DNA of 64,000 nucleotides. Origin: Tubulanus polymorphus. Its lineage: Eukaryota; Animalia; Nemertea. The DNA lies in contig NC_134036.1 of the NCBI RefSeq assembly GCF_964204645.1, positions 4,494,600 to 4,558,599 on the forward strand. Reading direction: 5' to 3'. The position numbers were made by a program, and so were the translations under genes. Below, in pieces: positions 25,612 to 39,157 of the stretch. Every line of letters starts with the position of its first letter. Position 1 is the first letter of the stretch. The notes below the pieces were generated by a model, which was given only the letters and a program-made list of their open reading frames with translations, was not told where the DNA came from and did no database searches.

Positions 25612-25742
25612 GGACCCAGTTCCACAGTTTTGACCAGTTCCACAGTTTTGAGCAACAGTTAACTCGTGAGTTAAAATTAGTTCATTTTCAATGAGTTAAC
25701 TCTGACAGTCAAATCTTAACTGGGAACTGCGGAACGGGACCC
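25612..25742. mobile_element. short MITE-like element (related copy at 37429-37546, fragment ~9800-9880)
   Basis: Termini gg..cagttccaca / tgtggaactg..cc and shared internal gagttaa...ttcattttcaatgagttaactc. Confidence 0.6.
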
Positions 25743-27529
25743 TGAATGAGAGAAACGGAATAAGGTGGTCTAAAATGATTTCAAACGTGTTCAACAAAAA
25801 TGTTGATGAAAAATAGATGAAACTCAAAGTATGGAAAATATGATGCTTGACGAATAAGATATCATACAATACGATTTCTTCGAAAACTTTTCACAATACA
25901 TACTTTGAATTGAAGATGATTTTACAGCGTTTGCGAGATTTCGCGTTTAAATCGCGCAAACGCGCGACCTCTAACGGGAGAACGCGGCTATATTATAGAC
26001 CCACCTTATCGATCGCGACCGTTTCGCGAATATCATAACCGCCGGTGAACCCCTGTCACGCACCGTGTACCGCGCGAGGCTGGCTCCGGGAAAAACAAGA
26101 TAAACCCATCAACGCGAGTCGGGCGAAACAAGATAACCACCAAAAGCGAAATCGTAAATCGATACGCGAAATATCCATCTGTTTTACCTATTCGATAAAC
26201 AGAACGCGCGCACGCGCTCAGCGAGGGACTATTTTCAGCGTGCGAGAGGCGCTTATTCGAACTAGGGATGAGCTCTCCAGTAGCAATTATAGAGTATTGA
26301 CAAAAATCTTTAGAAAACTTAAGAAATATAGCTGAATTTTTTTTCTAGAATCGATCCTAATGTATTTAGATTCATCAAGTAGAATGGACGTTTGTAGAAT
26401 GGAGTTTTTGCTTAGAGCAGGTATTCGGAAACGGATCAAAGTTTCCATAAGATAATGGGATCAGGTGTCCTTATTAAAATCAGCAGGTCTAGATTTTCGA
26501 GATTTTCGCAAAAGATCCCACCCTACGGGCATCGCGTCTTCGACGTACGCGCACCACCGGCTATGAATTACCCCCATCCCCGTTCCTGAAATTTACTTGA
26601 GTCCCCTATTTTCTGCACCAACAACCCACCTTCCCCTGCCGTGAAAAAAAATCCAAGATCCACCCCTATGGATGTATTAACATCCGTATGGAGAATCCGC
26701 GGCGTTCAGGGAAACTCTGAAACCATCGAAATACCGAAAGCTTTATCGGGGATTTAGAATATATTCATCTAAAAAAACGAGATCAGATCAGAGAGCAATC
26801 GCAGCTTGTAATATACGGGACACCCCGTTAGTTCGTTCCCTGAGATCAGCACGGTCGCTCGCGACGCGACGACACGTAAAACGAGAGGCTATTATTTCCA
26901 GCTAATGCGATGATATACGCCGGGAATATGGCCGCGACCAGCCGAGCGCACTGACCCGAACGTAATAACGGCTCGATAATCATCTCCCATGATCAGTCGT
27001 CGTCGTCGTCGCATTGTAGCGCGCGTGGATACGGAACCGTGACGCCACCCACTTACCACCGAAAAGACGAGTGCCTTACACCAACAGTTCCCGTTCTCTC
27101 TCTCTCTCTCTCTCCCTCTCGTTCTCGCTCTCGACGGAGCTTCGTAGGCTGCGCACTCGAAAAACGCTCGGCGTCTATGTACTGAACATCGAGAGCCATC
27201 GAGACGGTGTCGCGTGTCACTTGCAGGACGAAAGACGGGCGCCTGGTCGAGATATAGACGACGCGTAAATCTTTAGACACGGTCGCCGGCTAAATGGCTT
27301 CACAACACCGGGAAATGCGGCGGGGCCCACTTACGGACAGCGCGCTCGCTGTAATAGCGCGACTGGCGATGGTTTTTGAAAGCATCTCCGGATACAATAA
27401 TAGCCTACTCGACGCACACGGAATCCGAAACGAACGTCGGTCGAGTTGCTGGCGAAAACTGTCGGTGCCATAAGTGAATTGTCGGATTAACCAACGCAAC
27501 TGCTGAACTGCGGGAAGAGAGTACATGAG

Positions 27530-28030
27530 ACCCACGCAACACTGAGGAACTAAGTCAGATTAGACGTATACCTGTGAAACTGGATGTAGACCCACGCAAC
27601 ATGTGCACCGTGGGTCCAAAGGCAAATAGAATTAGACAAATGAAGGTAGAACTCCGTGTTCTGATTGCTGTTGAATTCACTCAACACTAAAAACTAGGTC
27701 CATAGTTATAGGTAAAGCCTCGTCAACGCTGACAGAAAATACAGAACTAAATCCACATGTGACCCAGACACTGAGTTAAACCCATCGCACAACAAAATGG
27801 TGTCAAATCAAACTCACTTACTGTGGGACCAGGTTCGACGAAACGTATAGACCCATCACGACTTTGGAACTGGGTTCAACGTCAAATTAAATCCACATAA
27901 CTGTTAGGCTAGATCAGAGTGACATCAAACCCGTACGACTGTCGAACTGGGTTCAGAGTATAAAAAAAAACCCACACAACTGTGGAACTGGACCCGAAGT
28001 CGAGTTAAACCCCGTACAAAGGTGGAACAG
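27530..28030 (+). repeat. degenerate tandem array of cccacacaactgtggaactgg-like units
   Basis: The motif recurs with heavy divergence. Confidence 0.5.
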
Positions 28031-29554
28031 CTAAACTAGACACTATTTTTCATAGCTTCGCTTTGCTGTAGTTCTCATAGTTTATGGTGTATTTGTTGAA
28101 TGTGGAAAGAGTGAGTTATTCGTGTCCGTAAACAATTTACATTTCACGCTCTTCTCCCGTATAAACAAAATCGCTAGACACGATCGAGAACAAAATGCAA
28201 AAAAAACTGAAAAAAATGTATTATTCATCACATTACGCGTAGTGTTAACAGTCCTCAGTTACAAATCAAGAAAAATAGAGGAATATGAAAAAAAATTCCG
28301 AAAAAATATTTGACAATGCGGCAACCTGGAAAGACCCTTCCGGCATTCGCCTCCTACACAGGCAAAGTTATGAGAATCGCTTTTGTAAGGTGCGTTGATG
28401 AAATATTTAATGTCAATTGGGTTTTTATAGTTGATTTTCAATTAAAAATGTCTTAGGCAATGTTCTGAACACGTGTGAAATGTGGACGATCAGTTTCTGA
28501 AATTGTGCTGATAAAATGTCTAATGTCTGGCGCTTTTAGTTTACTTTCAATTAAAAAAGTCTCAGGTGAAATCCTGAACACATGTATAAGTTTTGGCGAT
28601 TAGTTTTTGAAAGTGCGATGACAGAATTCTAATACCGATTGTTCGCATATTTCATTATCAGTGTTTGCAATAAGAGCCAGGTCCCAGGTCACAGACCCGT
28701 CTGTCGTTTGTAAAGGACCCGCCTGTTACTTCAAACAAGCTTTCGTTTCAGGGGCTGTGACATATCATGGGACCCTCCTGTTTTTCAAAGGGACCTGGCT
28801 TGTTAATTTCTTATTAAAACACTGATTATTAATTGAAAAATTATCAGGCGAAGCCCAGAAAATAATATGCGAAGCGAGGACGATCAAAAACACTGAAATA
28901 TCGGTTACGACATCGTATATCGGAAATGTTATAACTAGCAGTATATTGATACCCGCCGACTCGCTGAGCATAGTTACCAGACGAGAGCATCGATTCGCGT
29001 ATCTCGAATGAAATCTTCAAAATTCATACAATCACGGCGGCATAACATCAACAATTCATAGCCTAACAAACACATCTACACTTATCATCGATTCATTCAT
29101 TCGTTAGAAAACATCTAGTACCACGTTTCGGTTATTAGCGCGGGTGCGTTAGAAATGAACCTACGAGGCTTTCTACTCATGCGCCGCTCAATTCCAGATA
29201 TCCAGCAGCCAGCGTTCCTCGCGCGCCGCTGCCGCTGCCGCTGTCCCGATAACGCCGAGAATGACTGAGTGTTCGGCGTGCCTTCTTGTGTTATTGTATT
29301 TATCGCGCGCGCGCTCGTGGTGAAGTATTCGTTTGTTTTGACGTGTTTATCTAAGCAATAGACCGTGTAATTTACCTACACCGGAGATATGGGGGAGATA
29401 TTATAGAGAAAGAGAGCGAGAGAGGGAGAAAGGGAGAGTGGATTAAGGGAAAGACCGGGGAGTGTTGCGAGAATGGGAACTAGGGAGTGAGGAAAAAGGC
29501 ATGGGTTGGGAACTACGAGAAAGTGATTGAGGGATTGAAAATATTAGGTAGGGG

Positions 29555-29855
29555 AACCTCTCCTCACAACTGTAGCGGGAGAGTAGCGAGTAGAACATAC
29601 GCAATAGGTTCTCGGTGAACCCCCTTTCCTCACAGCTGTAGCGGCGGAGCAGCAAGTAGAACAGACGCAATAGGTTCTCGGCGAACCCCCTCTTTTCACA
29701 ACTGTAGCGGGAGAGCAGCGAGTAGAACAGGCGCAATAGGTTTTCGGCGAACCCCCTCTCCTCACAACTGTAGCGGGAGAGCAGCGAGTAGAACTAACTC
29801 AATAGGTTCTCGGTGAACCCCCTCTCCTCGCAGCTGTAGCGGGAGAGCAGCGAGA
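29555..29855 (-). repeat. 66-bp minisatellite family, ~4.5 units, inverted
   Basis: Reverse complement of the 24358-24890 unit. Confidence 0.9.
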
Positions 29856-30421
29856 TAAACGTCGTCCCGAATGCGACCTATCTTCGCCATTGAAATCAAT
29901 GGCGAGCCACTCCGTATAAGAGCGGGGCCCGAGGCCGTGTTTGCATATTCAAACATCGCGAATAAGGAATCGGCCTTAATTCGGTTACGAACCGGCTATA
30001 CTTAGCATCAGTATACACACACTTGCATAGCGCACAATATGCATATGCACAACATTCGCGGCACAATATCTGCTTATTGATTAATAACAGTTTCATTATT
30101 GGCCCAACTCGACAACAACAACGACAACGACGACGGTTGAAGACGTAGGTCTCGCAGTAAACACCCGCTCGATCGCGCGCGCGCGCGTGCGCCGACGGAC
30201 GAGATGCGTTAAATATTTGATTATCTATTTCAATTATACTAGTATCCTCCTCGCGCCCGCTGTGTCGATCGTGTGTGTGCGTGTGTGTTTAAAGTATGTG
30301 TCGGCGATTTGTCGATGAATTATTCATGGTCTAGTAATAGGAATATGGATATAGCGACTGCGAGCCAGCCACGGCCACAGACAGAGAGTTGGGGGTGTGG
30401 GGAAGCGATGGAGACAGGGGC

Positions 30422-30611
<190 letters not shown>

Positions 30612-31230
30612 GGGGGGGGGAGTGAAAAGAGTGATGGAGGATGGGGAGAGACGTTGAATTAGAAACTGAAAGAGGGACGGGGAGTTGCGTGCTTCCGACA
30701 CGCGACCGGTGAATGGAACGCGCGCGGGCGGCACGAGTCGCTCGTGCGATGCTTCCTTTCTATAAGCGATGTAACAGTCGAACGCAAGCGATCATTGGAA
30801 TGCATCGCGTGTCTACAAACATTCTCAACAGACATGTCAACTGATAATTGCCTAACGAATTAACTACGACCACCAGATAATAATAGGAGGCATTTTACAG
30901 CAGATATTTCGAGAAAAAAGTGATCGTCCGCGCTTCACGCGCGTTCAGTATACCGTAGTTCACGTGGGATATCTTCAATCTGAAATAAACTACACACATC
31001 AGATACATTTTATCAGCACACTTTAAAAAACCGATCGTCCACATTCACATTGTCCATTACCACACTTCACACCTCACGTGTCCATTATACGGGAGACATT
31101 AATCGAAAACGAACTACAAACACCAGACATTGGACATATATTTCATCAGCACACTTTCATCATCCTCGCTTTCCAAAAAAACTTCATTGGCCGTCACACA
31201 CCACGCAAGATTACTTAGGTGAACTGGTTC

Positions 31231-31353
31231 CCGCTCAGTGGCCACCAGTCTATATTTTTAGCCAATCAGATGCACGGTATCGATAGAGCGAATCCGCCGG
31301 CGAACAAAAACGCATCCGATTGGTTTAACACAAAGACCGGTGGCCGCTGAGCG
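31231..31353. mobile_element. MITE-like imperfect palindrome
   Basis: Arms cgctcagtggccaccagtct...ccaatcagatgc and gcatccgattgg...agaccggtggccgctgagcg. Confidence 0.65.
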
Positions 31354-32899
31354 GCGACCTGTACAAGCCAAGAAATCTTTGCGGCCGTCAAACCCCGGTT
31401 AGCGAGGGCGACTTCAAGAAAAAACCGATCGTTCACACTTCGCATAACAAACGCTGCTGATGGAACTGATATCATTAGAGAAGAACAAACATCGTCCTTG
31501 TGAATTTTAGCGTACATATATTTTTTCGCGCGCCTGTTTTATCTATCGGAACCAAAACAAATGAAACAAGAAATGAAATGAAACAAGAATGAAACAAGAT
31601 TGAAATCGCTGCTCTCACTATTGTGCGCGCAGTATTTCGTATATATCGTACTGAATAATGCATGTAAAAGGAACACGCGCGTCATGTCAGTGTGTGTGTG
31701 CCTGTGTGTGAGGGTGTGTGTGCATGTTTTGAAGAAGTGATTTCGTTGATGGTGCTTGAAATTATCGGTTATCGGTCTCCGAAGCGCTGCTATGCTCGAT
31801 AGATGGATGGATATAGCTGGTATTATTACCGCGCCGTGCGCGTTGTGTCGGCGTGTCTGCGTATCTCTGGCTGGTTTCGAGTACCGGTATTGATGTAATA
31901 TTATATATGAGGCCTATTTCTAGATTCGATGATAATTTTTAAGATGAAATAATGATGTACGTATAGCTAACTCGGGCCGTTATTCCTAGAATCTGGGACC
32001 AGTAACTGGGCGTCGCGTACCCAGTCACGAGTCAGAGTCTGTTAAAAACTGTTTCAAAAAATCGAACAAGCCCGAATGACCAAGAATTGGTCTCCTTATG
32101 GGAGACATAGGATGAGACATAGACATGTCTAAAAATCAATTTAAAAGAAAAACTCAATTGAAAAAACACACAAATTTGAAGAAAAACTAAGATAGTATTA
32201 GCGACGCTTAGAGACTTAATTGAAAAACTAATAAACGTTTAGACTCAATTCCACTGAGCGTATTGTCGAATCTGAGTTTACCCGGAAGACCGAGTATCCA
32301 CTAGCGAACCTAGCGGATCCTCGCTTGCCACAAGCGGAATCCTAGATTGCCGCAGTAGTAGCTTTGGCAGTTCCCCATTTCCCTATAACATAAACTGTAA
32401 AAGCGTTGTATACGTAATACGTTTTAAGTACGATTATAAACACTTCTAAAACTGACAACGCGTTATCTGAAAGCGCCGGCCGGTGCGTTAAACAGGGCCG
32501 CCGGTGACGTGGTGTACGTCTATACAGCGCGTACCACGGTCCGCTCGAGGGCTCCCGATCTCGGCCGACGAGCGTTGATGGATGCTGATGGATGGATGCA
32601 CTCGAGAGACGCTCTTACAGATACCGGAGCGGCGGCGCGTGTATGAGAAAATTCTCCCCACTGCCGAAGAGATATCTCTATTGTGTCGACTGATGATGAC
32701 GGGTATAGTGATGATGATGCACCGTATACCCGCTAACGTAAATATCGTATAACGTTGCAGGTAGGTGGGTATCAGCAGCCCGCGTCGACGACCCGTGAAC
32801 CACAGCCAGCGGCAGCGAACATTCGTTTTCAATTTCAATTTCACAGTCATCCTGACAATCTAGACCCCGATATGTTCAGCAGAACTTCGCCCGGCGACA

Positions 32900-33280
32900 T
32901 AGTTTTAATCGAAAATGAACTAAGAACACTAGACATTAGACATTTTATCAGCACTCTTTCACAAACTGATCGTCCACACTTCACATGCGTTCGTTTCTTC
33001 ACCTGAGACATTTTCAATTGAAAATGAGCTGCAAACACAAGACATTAGACATTCTATCCGCACGGTTTCAAAAACTGATCGTTCAACCTTCACATGTGTT
33101 CAGTGCTTCACCTGAGACATTTTCAACTGAAAATGAGCTGCAAACACAAGACATTAGACATTCTATCTGCACGGTTTCAAAAACTGATCGTCCACACTTC
33201 ACGTGTGTTCGGTACTTCTTCACCTGAGACATTTCTGATTGAAAATGAACAACAAACATCGGATACTAGACATTGCGCTA
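32900..33280 (+). repeat. 110-bp tandem repeat, ~3.4 units
   Basis: gaaaatga at 32911, 33020, 33130, 33241. Confidence 0.9.
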
Positions 33281-34892
33281 TATGGAAAATCCCACACTAA
33301 CATTACGGAAGATCAAGTCCGAAACTTTTCCTTTACTCATTATTCGAGATTTCGACTAAAACCTAATAGCCATCTTCAAGAACGAGTCGTTAGTCCAAAC
33401 GTTAAAATAACATTTAGGCTGGCGATTTTTTTCCTCTTCCTTGGGGTTTTTGAACGACCCCTCTATGTGGAATGGTTCTTCGAAGAACCTTTGTATTTCT
33501 TTAAGAACCCTTACAAAAATGGTTATTTAAAGAACCTTTAAGGTTCCTATCTGCAGGGACGCAAGCCGAAGAACGCCTAAAAGTTCTACGGTAGTTATAC
33601 CACTTGTTCTCGTGAGTCTGTAGATGATCTCGCGATCATGAAAAAGTAAACAGCAATCAAGCAGCGCGCAGTCATCGTGTGTCGCGTGTATTGTCGGTGT
33701 CGATGACGGCGCAGAGGTCGAATCGTATAGTTAGTTATCTGTCTACCTATCAATAAATGACGCAGGTGAAAGGTGCTATATTGTAACGAGGTGGCATATT
33801 ATACACTCACTGGCCGAGACGTGCGACGCGTCGACGTCGACGACCGACCGAGAGCAAGGCCAAGCCGCGCAAACATCACGCGTGTCATCATTAGTCGCGG
33901 CGATCACCAGCGCCAGAACGAAGGCCTTAACGAATGTGGTACGGGAACTCGGCCTTCCCGTTGAGGTCACCCGCGTTATATCGGTCAAGACGTGGGTAGC
34001 ACTTCATCATACAGGTTTACAATGCGGACTATGATCCCCAGGAGGACGTGGATCTTGGATTTTTGTGGGAGGGTGTGGTTCGGCGAAGTTGGAACCCGCG
34101 CACGAGAATGTTAGTGCTGGGATAACGCGCCAGCCGTTATCGGGAGCTCAAATCTGTGAAATCCTGGCTAGGAAGGGCTAGATATTGACGAAGATGAGTG
34201 ACGAATTCCATGAAAAGTATCTGTAACATGCTCGAAAAAACATAGACTTTTTGGGGGTTGGATTTTCTAAGGGCCCGCTATGGTTCCATACCCAATACAA
34301 CGTATCCAATTTCCAATCTAATCGCGTTTATTTTCCAATCACTTTGGTGCGCGTTTCTGGGCCTGGTTCTGTTGGTTCCTACCCGAAATCCATAGCCACA
34401 GGCCATATTGGTTCCAAGAAAACAAAGAATACCTTGGTTCTCAACTCCTGGCTTAAATTCTGTTAGCTGCACAACCAATGTAAAAACTCAAAAACTTGTT
34501 CTATATGATGGCTAATCTAACAACCAGGTGAGCCCATCCTGTTCGTAAAGCCGATCTAATAACGACTCACGAGCGGTCCTGAAAACTAACGGAGATTAGG
34601 CTAAGGCAAATTGACACCTTGTTTCTCATTTCTGCTGTGCTTAAGAGTTGACCCGGCCGGCCGCCTATCTACGCTGTACTTGACATTTTAAATCATGATC
34701 AAGCTTACCATAAAAGACCCGGCAGCTATTGAAATGAACTGATTACAAATTTCGTCGCAGTTTACAAACTGACTCCGCCGATTAGGAGAAGCAAGGTATC
34801 ATTTTTGTTTAATAGGTGGGACTGCAGGTCACCGCATTATTGCGCGTCATTTATTCATACTATAAACTAAACTAAATCTAAACAAGACTGAC

Positions 34893-35265
34893 CTTTGTGC
34901 ATTCCGGTGAACCTATCTTTGAGCACGGTCAACTCGTAGATCTGCCCGAACTCCTCAAATATCGGCCGTAAATCCTTATCCTCCAGATTGCGCGGTATTT
35001 GCCCGACGAACAGTTTTATGGCGTCGTGGTCCTTCATCGGGATCGGGTTCTGTTGTTGTTGCTGCTGCTGCTGTTGTTGTTGCTGCAACTGTTGCATGGC
35101 GTGGGCCGCGTTGATTTGCTGTTGTTGCTGTTGCGGCGGCGGCGGCTGCACCTGCTGGTGTTGCTGGTGCAGCTGGTGTTGCTGCTGCAACGTCTGGTGT
35201 TGCAGGTTTTGAATGTTGTGCAACTGCGTGTCCAACATCACTACCCCGTTCAGTGCGGAAGCCAT
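34893..35265 (-). CDS. CELF3-6 subfamily (Bruno-like/UNC-75 type) RNA-binding protein, first coding exon: polyQ N-terminus plus first half of RRM1
   Basis: [49 protein letters not shown] is diagnostic of CELF3/4/5/6 RRM1. Phase-1 donor AAAG|GTCAGT. Confidence 0.95.
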
Positions 35266-37428
35266 TTGATATTATCTCCGACGATTTTCAAATCGCGAAG
35301 ATTATAAGAGATATATTATATACCAACACCTAATTATACCAATACTGCAATAACGATATTATCAATAATAGTTATAGTAGTAATAATAATAATAGTAATA
35401 ATATCAATAAATATTTATATATAAATATATTCGATATATATGTATAAATATCTTATCTTATGTATATAATAAAGAGTTTAAAGAGTTACACTCGCTTATT
35501 AATTTGGTTTGTGACGATAAATTGGAGTTTTTTCGTAAATAATGTATCCTCCTTAAAACTTGATCGCGCGTCACTCGTTCTAAATAGATCGATTGCTTGG
35601 TATCGCGATAACGTTTCGTCTCGATTTCTCCGAAATCGATTGCTTGAGATCACGTTTTTTTTTCCGGGATAGAAACTTTCGGCGATTTATTTCTCCGGAA
35701 CGACGAAGCTCACGATTCCTCGTGGTTCCTTTTCCTGAAGATAGATCGGCACGAAACGATTGCCTTCGACGCGCGTGGTATATAGTAGTAAACTTCTTAC
35801 GAACTCCGAACGCACTGATGACGGGAAACTGTCGATTTCGTCGATAATCCGAAAAGTGAAGACGACGATTCGACGCGATCGATTAACCGATCTAGTATAA
35901 CGTTGTAAAATGGTATTCTCGATGAGAAAATAAAATCCTCGGAAACTTTTATATTCACGCGAACTTTTTCTCAGACAAAACGAGACGTCTTCAGAAATCG
36001 TGTCGCGGTTCCTTTTTCGAGCACGCCTTTAAACGTATATACGTGTAAGCCTATAACTATTCCGATAAGATCGAACTAATTTTTCGTGCAGAGCGGATCG
36101 AAAGGTATACACGTCGATGAATCCGACTGGTCTGACCGACTGACTGACCGATTGCAAGCGCGTTCCAGTAAGTGCAAGTTCCGAAAAGCCCGGTTACAAA
36201 ACTTAGCTTTTTAAGAGGAGCTATCCGACGACAACGGCTACGACGACGATCGCGATGAAGTAACGTCAGTGGCTGGTTTGCGCTCTCCTCTCTCTCCGAC
36301 TCGCTCCGTGTTCGTTCGCTGGCGTACTACTGCTGACTGACTGGGAATCTGCGAGCGAGCTGATGATGAGAATCCGGCGGCGGCAGTGGCGGCGGCTGCG
36401 TATAACGTGTATTAAAGTCTCTCTGACTGTTGGCGCGCGACGCGATCCGTCGTGTGTGTATTAATACTGCAGGTTGTCTGACTGTCTTGTCTGTCTGTAT
36501 CCCTCGCCGCCGTCGTCGTCGTCGGGAAAATGATTGACAGCTTCTGCTGCTTCTTATCCCGGGGTCTCGTCTCGCGGGATGTATCGGTGTGTGTATAGAG
36601 TAGACTGGTGCCCGCACGCGCCCGCTATTTAATGACACGTCTCGACGTATTTACCTGTTACGATGATTTTGGACGGGTTACGCGCGCTAAATGATGATGA
36701 TTTATTTGAGTACGGACGCTGTCTTTCCGGTGTGTCTGTGGCTGTGGTTGACTCCGATGTTTGTCGTGTATTCCAAACACGATGCCGGTCCGGTGAATGA
36801 ATGCTCTACGTTCGACCACCGGCAATCGAGGATTCAGCGCTCGTGGTAAGTTTGGACCCGCCAGGTTCGCTAGTGCCGTATTATAGGAATATAAGGTGCC
36901 CGGATTTCTTCTTAGATTCACGATAAATCAGAGAATCCCACAGTAATAATCAAAACAGAAAAAAAAACATTATTGGTTCGAAAATGTTTCATTTAGCCAG
37001 TTTGTTTATTCCAAGTTCCGACTATATTCTAATATTAACAGGAATACCGGGTTACCTCGGCTGTCAGGCTACTATCGCCATGATTTCTCTAAAATCCGAC
37101 GAACGATAAAGGAAAATCGCGCTAGATATGAACCCCGAACATCAATCCGGATTCACATCAAGAAACATCGATTTGCCCGTTGCTTTTATGTGGAAAGCTA
37201 AGAATATAGTAATGAAAGTTACTCGAAGATGAACTAGTAAATTCCGACCAGATTGTCGCACGCTAACATCGGTGAATCATTGAGATCGAAAGCCTAAGTT
37301 GTTCGGTCTAGTGTGGCAGGGTTTCGTACCGTGGGGAGCCTCGATGCAAAAGGGTTCGAATCGCGTCCCTATTTGGGACGTCCCTATTTGGTCTATACCT
37401 ATCGTATATATCTTTGCGGCAACACCCT

Positions 37429-37546
37429 GGATACAGTTCCACACTGGGTTGTGAGTTAAGATTTGACTCCGAGTAAACTCATTAAAAATGTAAAACTTAT
37501 TTCAACTCAGAGCTTACTCTAACTCTGGAACTGTGGAACTGAATCC
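37429..37546. mobile_element. MITE-like element with ~15-bp TIRs
   Basis: ggatacagttccaca ... tgtggaactgaatcc. Confidence 0.65.
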
Positions 37547-39115
37547 TGGATATAAATGTGGCGCGGTCGGATATGTTTCCGAGCAAATATCGAAATTCAC
37601 CGCATTCCGTTTAGTTTATTAGACGAGTAACGCCGAAACGTTACCAGCGCGACGTCGGGGCGAAAATGCCGAGAATGTTCGCATTTCGCGTCGGTATCAT
37701 CACGATTTCGCGGCCTAGTCGTCGTCGTCCCGCCGGATGAGGTAAACCTAGCCGACGCCCATGCATGTCCTCATTTAAGTGTCATCTGATATATATATAT
37801 ATATATGGACAATGCTATAATAAGACTCGCGAGACAAATTGACATTTACAAGTTACACGCGACATACTACTGATTCTAATCGTTTCGGTTACCAGCCTTA
37901 CGTGGTATTAGCAAATGGATTAAGATTGAAATAGAAATCGTGAAGTTTCGTTGCGGCTGAAATGAAACCGCAAACACCATAGTCATACGACACGATATTA
38001 ACCGAAAAAACAACGAATGCGTTGCACGAATACAATTTACATTTCTACAAGAGCGAATAAAAACTGAAGGTAGCTGAACCAAGCGCCGAGTAGCGGAGGA
38101 AAGTGAAATGAGGGATAGATGTTATGTTTTTAAGTAGCTCCACAGCACATCTAGCAAGTGCTGTTTTAATAAATACACTACATAATCAGTGTTATGCATT
38201 AATTTTGCGTTGCATCATAACAAAGTACATTTTTTCCTTTTCATATGATAATTAATAGAACATTCAATGCCTTTACAACTCCTTATTTTAAGCAAAAATG
38301 TAAGCGACGATACTGCGCCAAGTCGCGATATCGCGGTAACCTGGACTGAAGACTACCGAGAGATCCAAACTGCGACGACTTTAAAACGGTCGTGAAATGC
38401 TTTAACGAATGCCAATCATAAATATGGACGAATCGTTAATTCACAGCTTCAAAAAAAAACAACAAATAAACAAACTATCAGTTTTAATGAACGGTAAGAA
38501 CGCACCAAACGCATATTTCTAGCTGCGATAACACGGATAAGTTGGACAGCGCCACGTGGTGGTAGATGCAGAAAACAAAGTCTCCCACGTATCTCCATCT
38601 GGTGATAGATATTAGAGCGAAAATAGAATAGCCCGAGCACTGGACGTCGATATAGTATAGATTCGCTAAATTGAATCGCAAAAGATTACTATTTTAAACT
38701 ACTTGAATAACTATTGTAAACATTTTGGCCGGCTAAGTCTAGCAACACGAAACGCGAAACACTCGGGCACCGAGGCAAGCCAGAAATAGGCTTCGGAAAG
38801 CCTCCCACGTCCGAAAAAAAACGGTACTAAAATCGATCATTGATTTTGATAAATTTTATAGGGGACCGCCAACCTCGAAAAAAAAGTATGGGACACTGAT
38901 TTATACTCGAATGATCGTAATTTATTGTGACCGTCTTCCGTCAGATGTCGTGTGCGCTCCAATCCGCGAATCGCTTTACAAAAACGGATTAGACCGACAT
39001 TCAGGGATCTCGTCGGCGAGGACACCATCAACGCGCTTTCTAACTTAGTACCGTTCATAAATGAAATCCCACACTTCGAATTTAAAATCATACGATCAAA
39101 TTTATTATTATGAAA

Positions 39116-39157
39116 CCACAACGTTTCGGCTGTTGACTAACAGCCATCATCAGGTGG
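39116..39157 (-). ncRNA. minimal type I hammerhead ribozyme (Penelope-like element type)
   Basis: The - strand reads CCAC-CUGAUGA-U-GGCUGUU(AGUC)AACAGCC-GAAA-CG-UU-GUGG. Both core boxes are intact, with a 7-bp stem II, 4-bp stem I and palindromic ACGU stem III. Confidence 0.75.

Noticed and set aside
36600-36635. TATA-like/Inr candidate for the CELF promoter (- strand)
   Set aside because: Weak motif 1.3 kb from the ATG with no independent support.
37300-37375. tRNA-like A/B boxes (GGTTCGAATC)
   Set aside because: No cloverleaf can be formed; at most a decayed SINE head.
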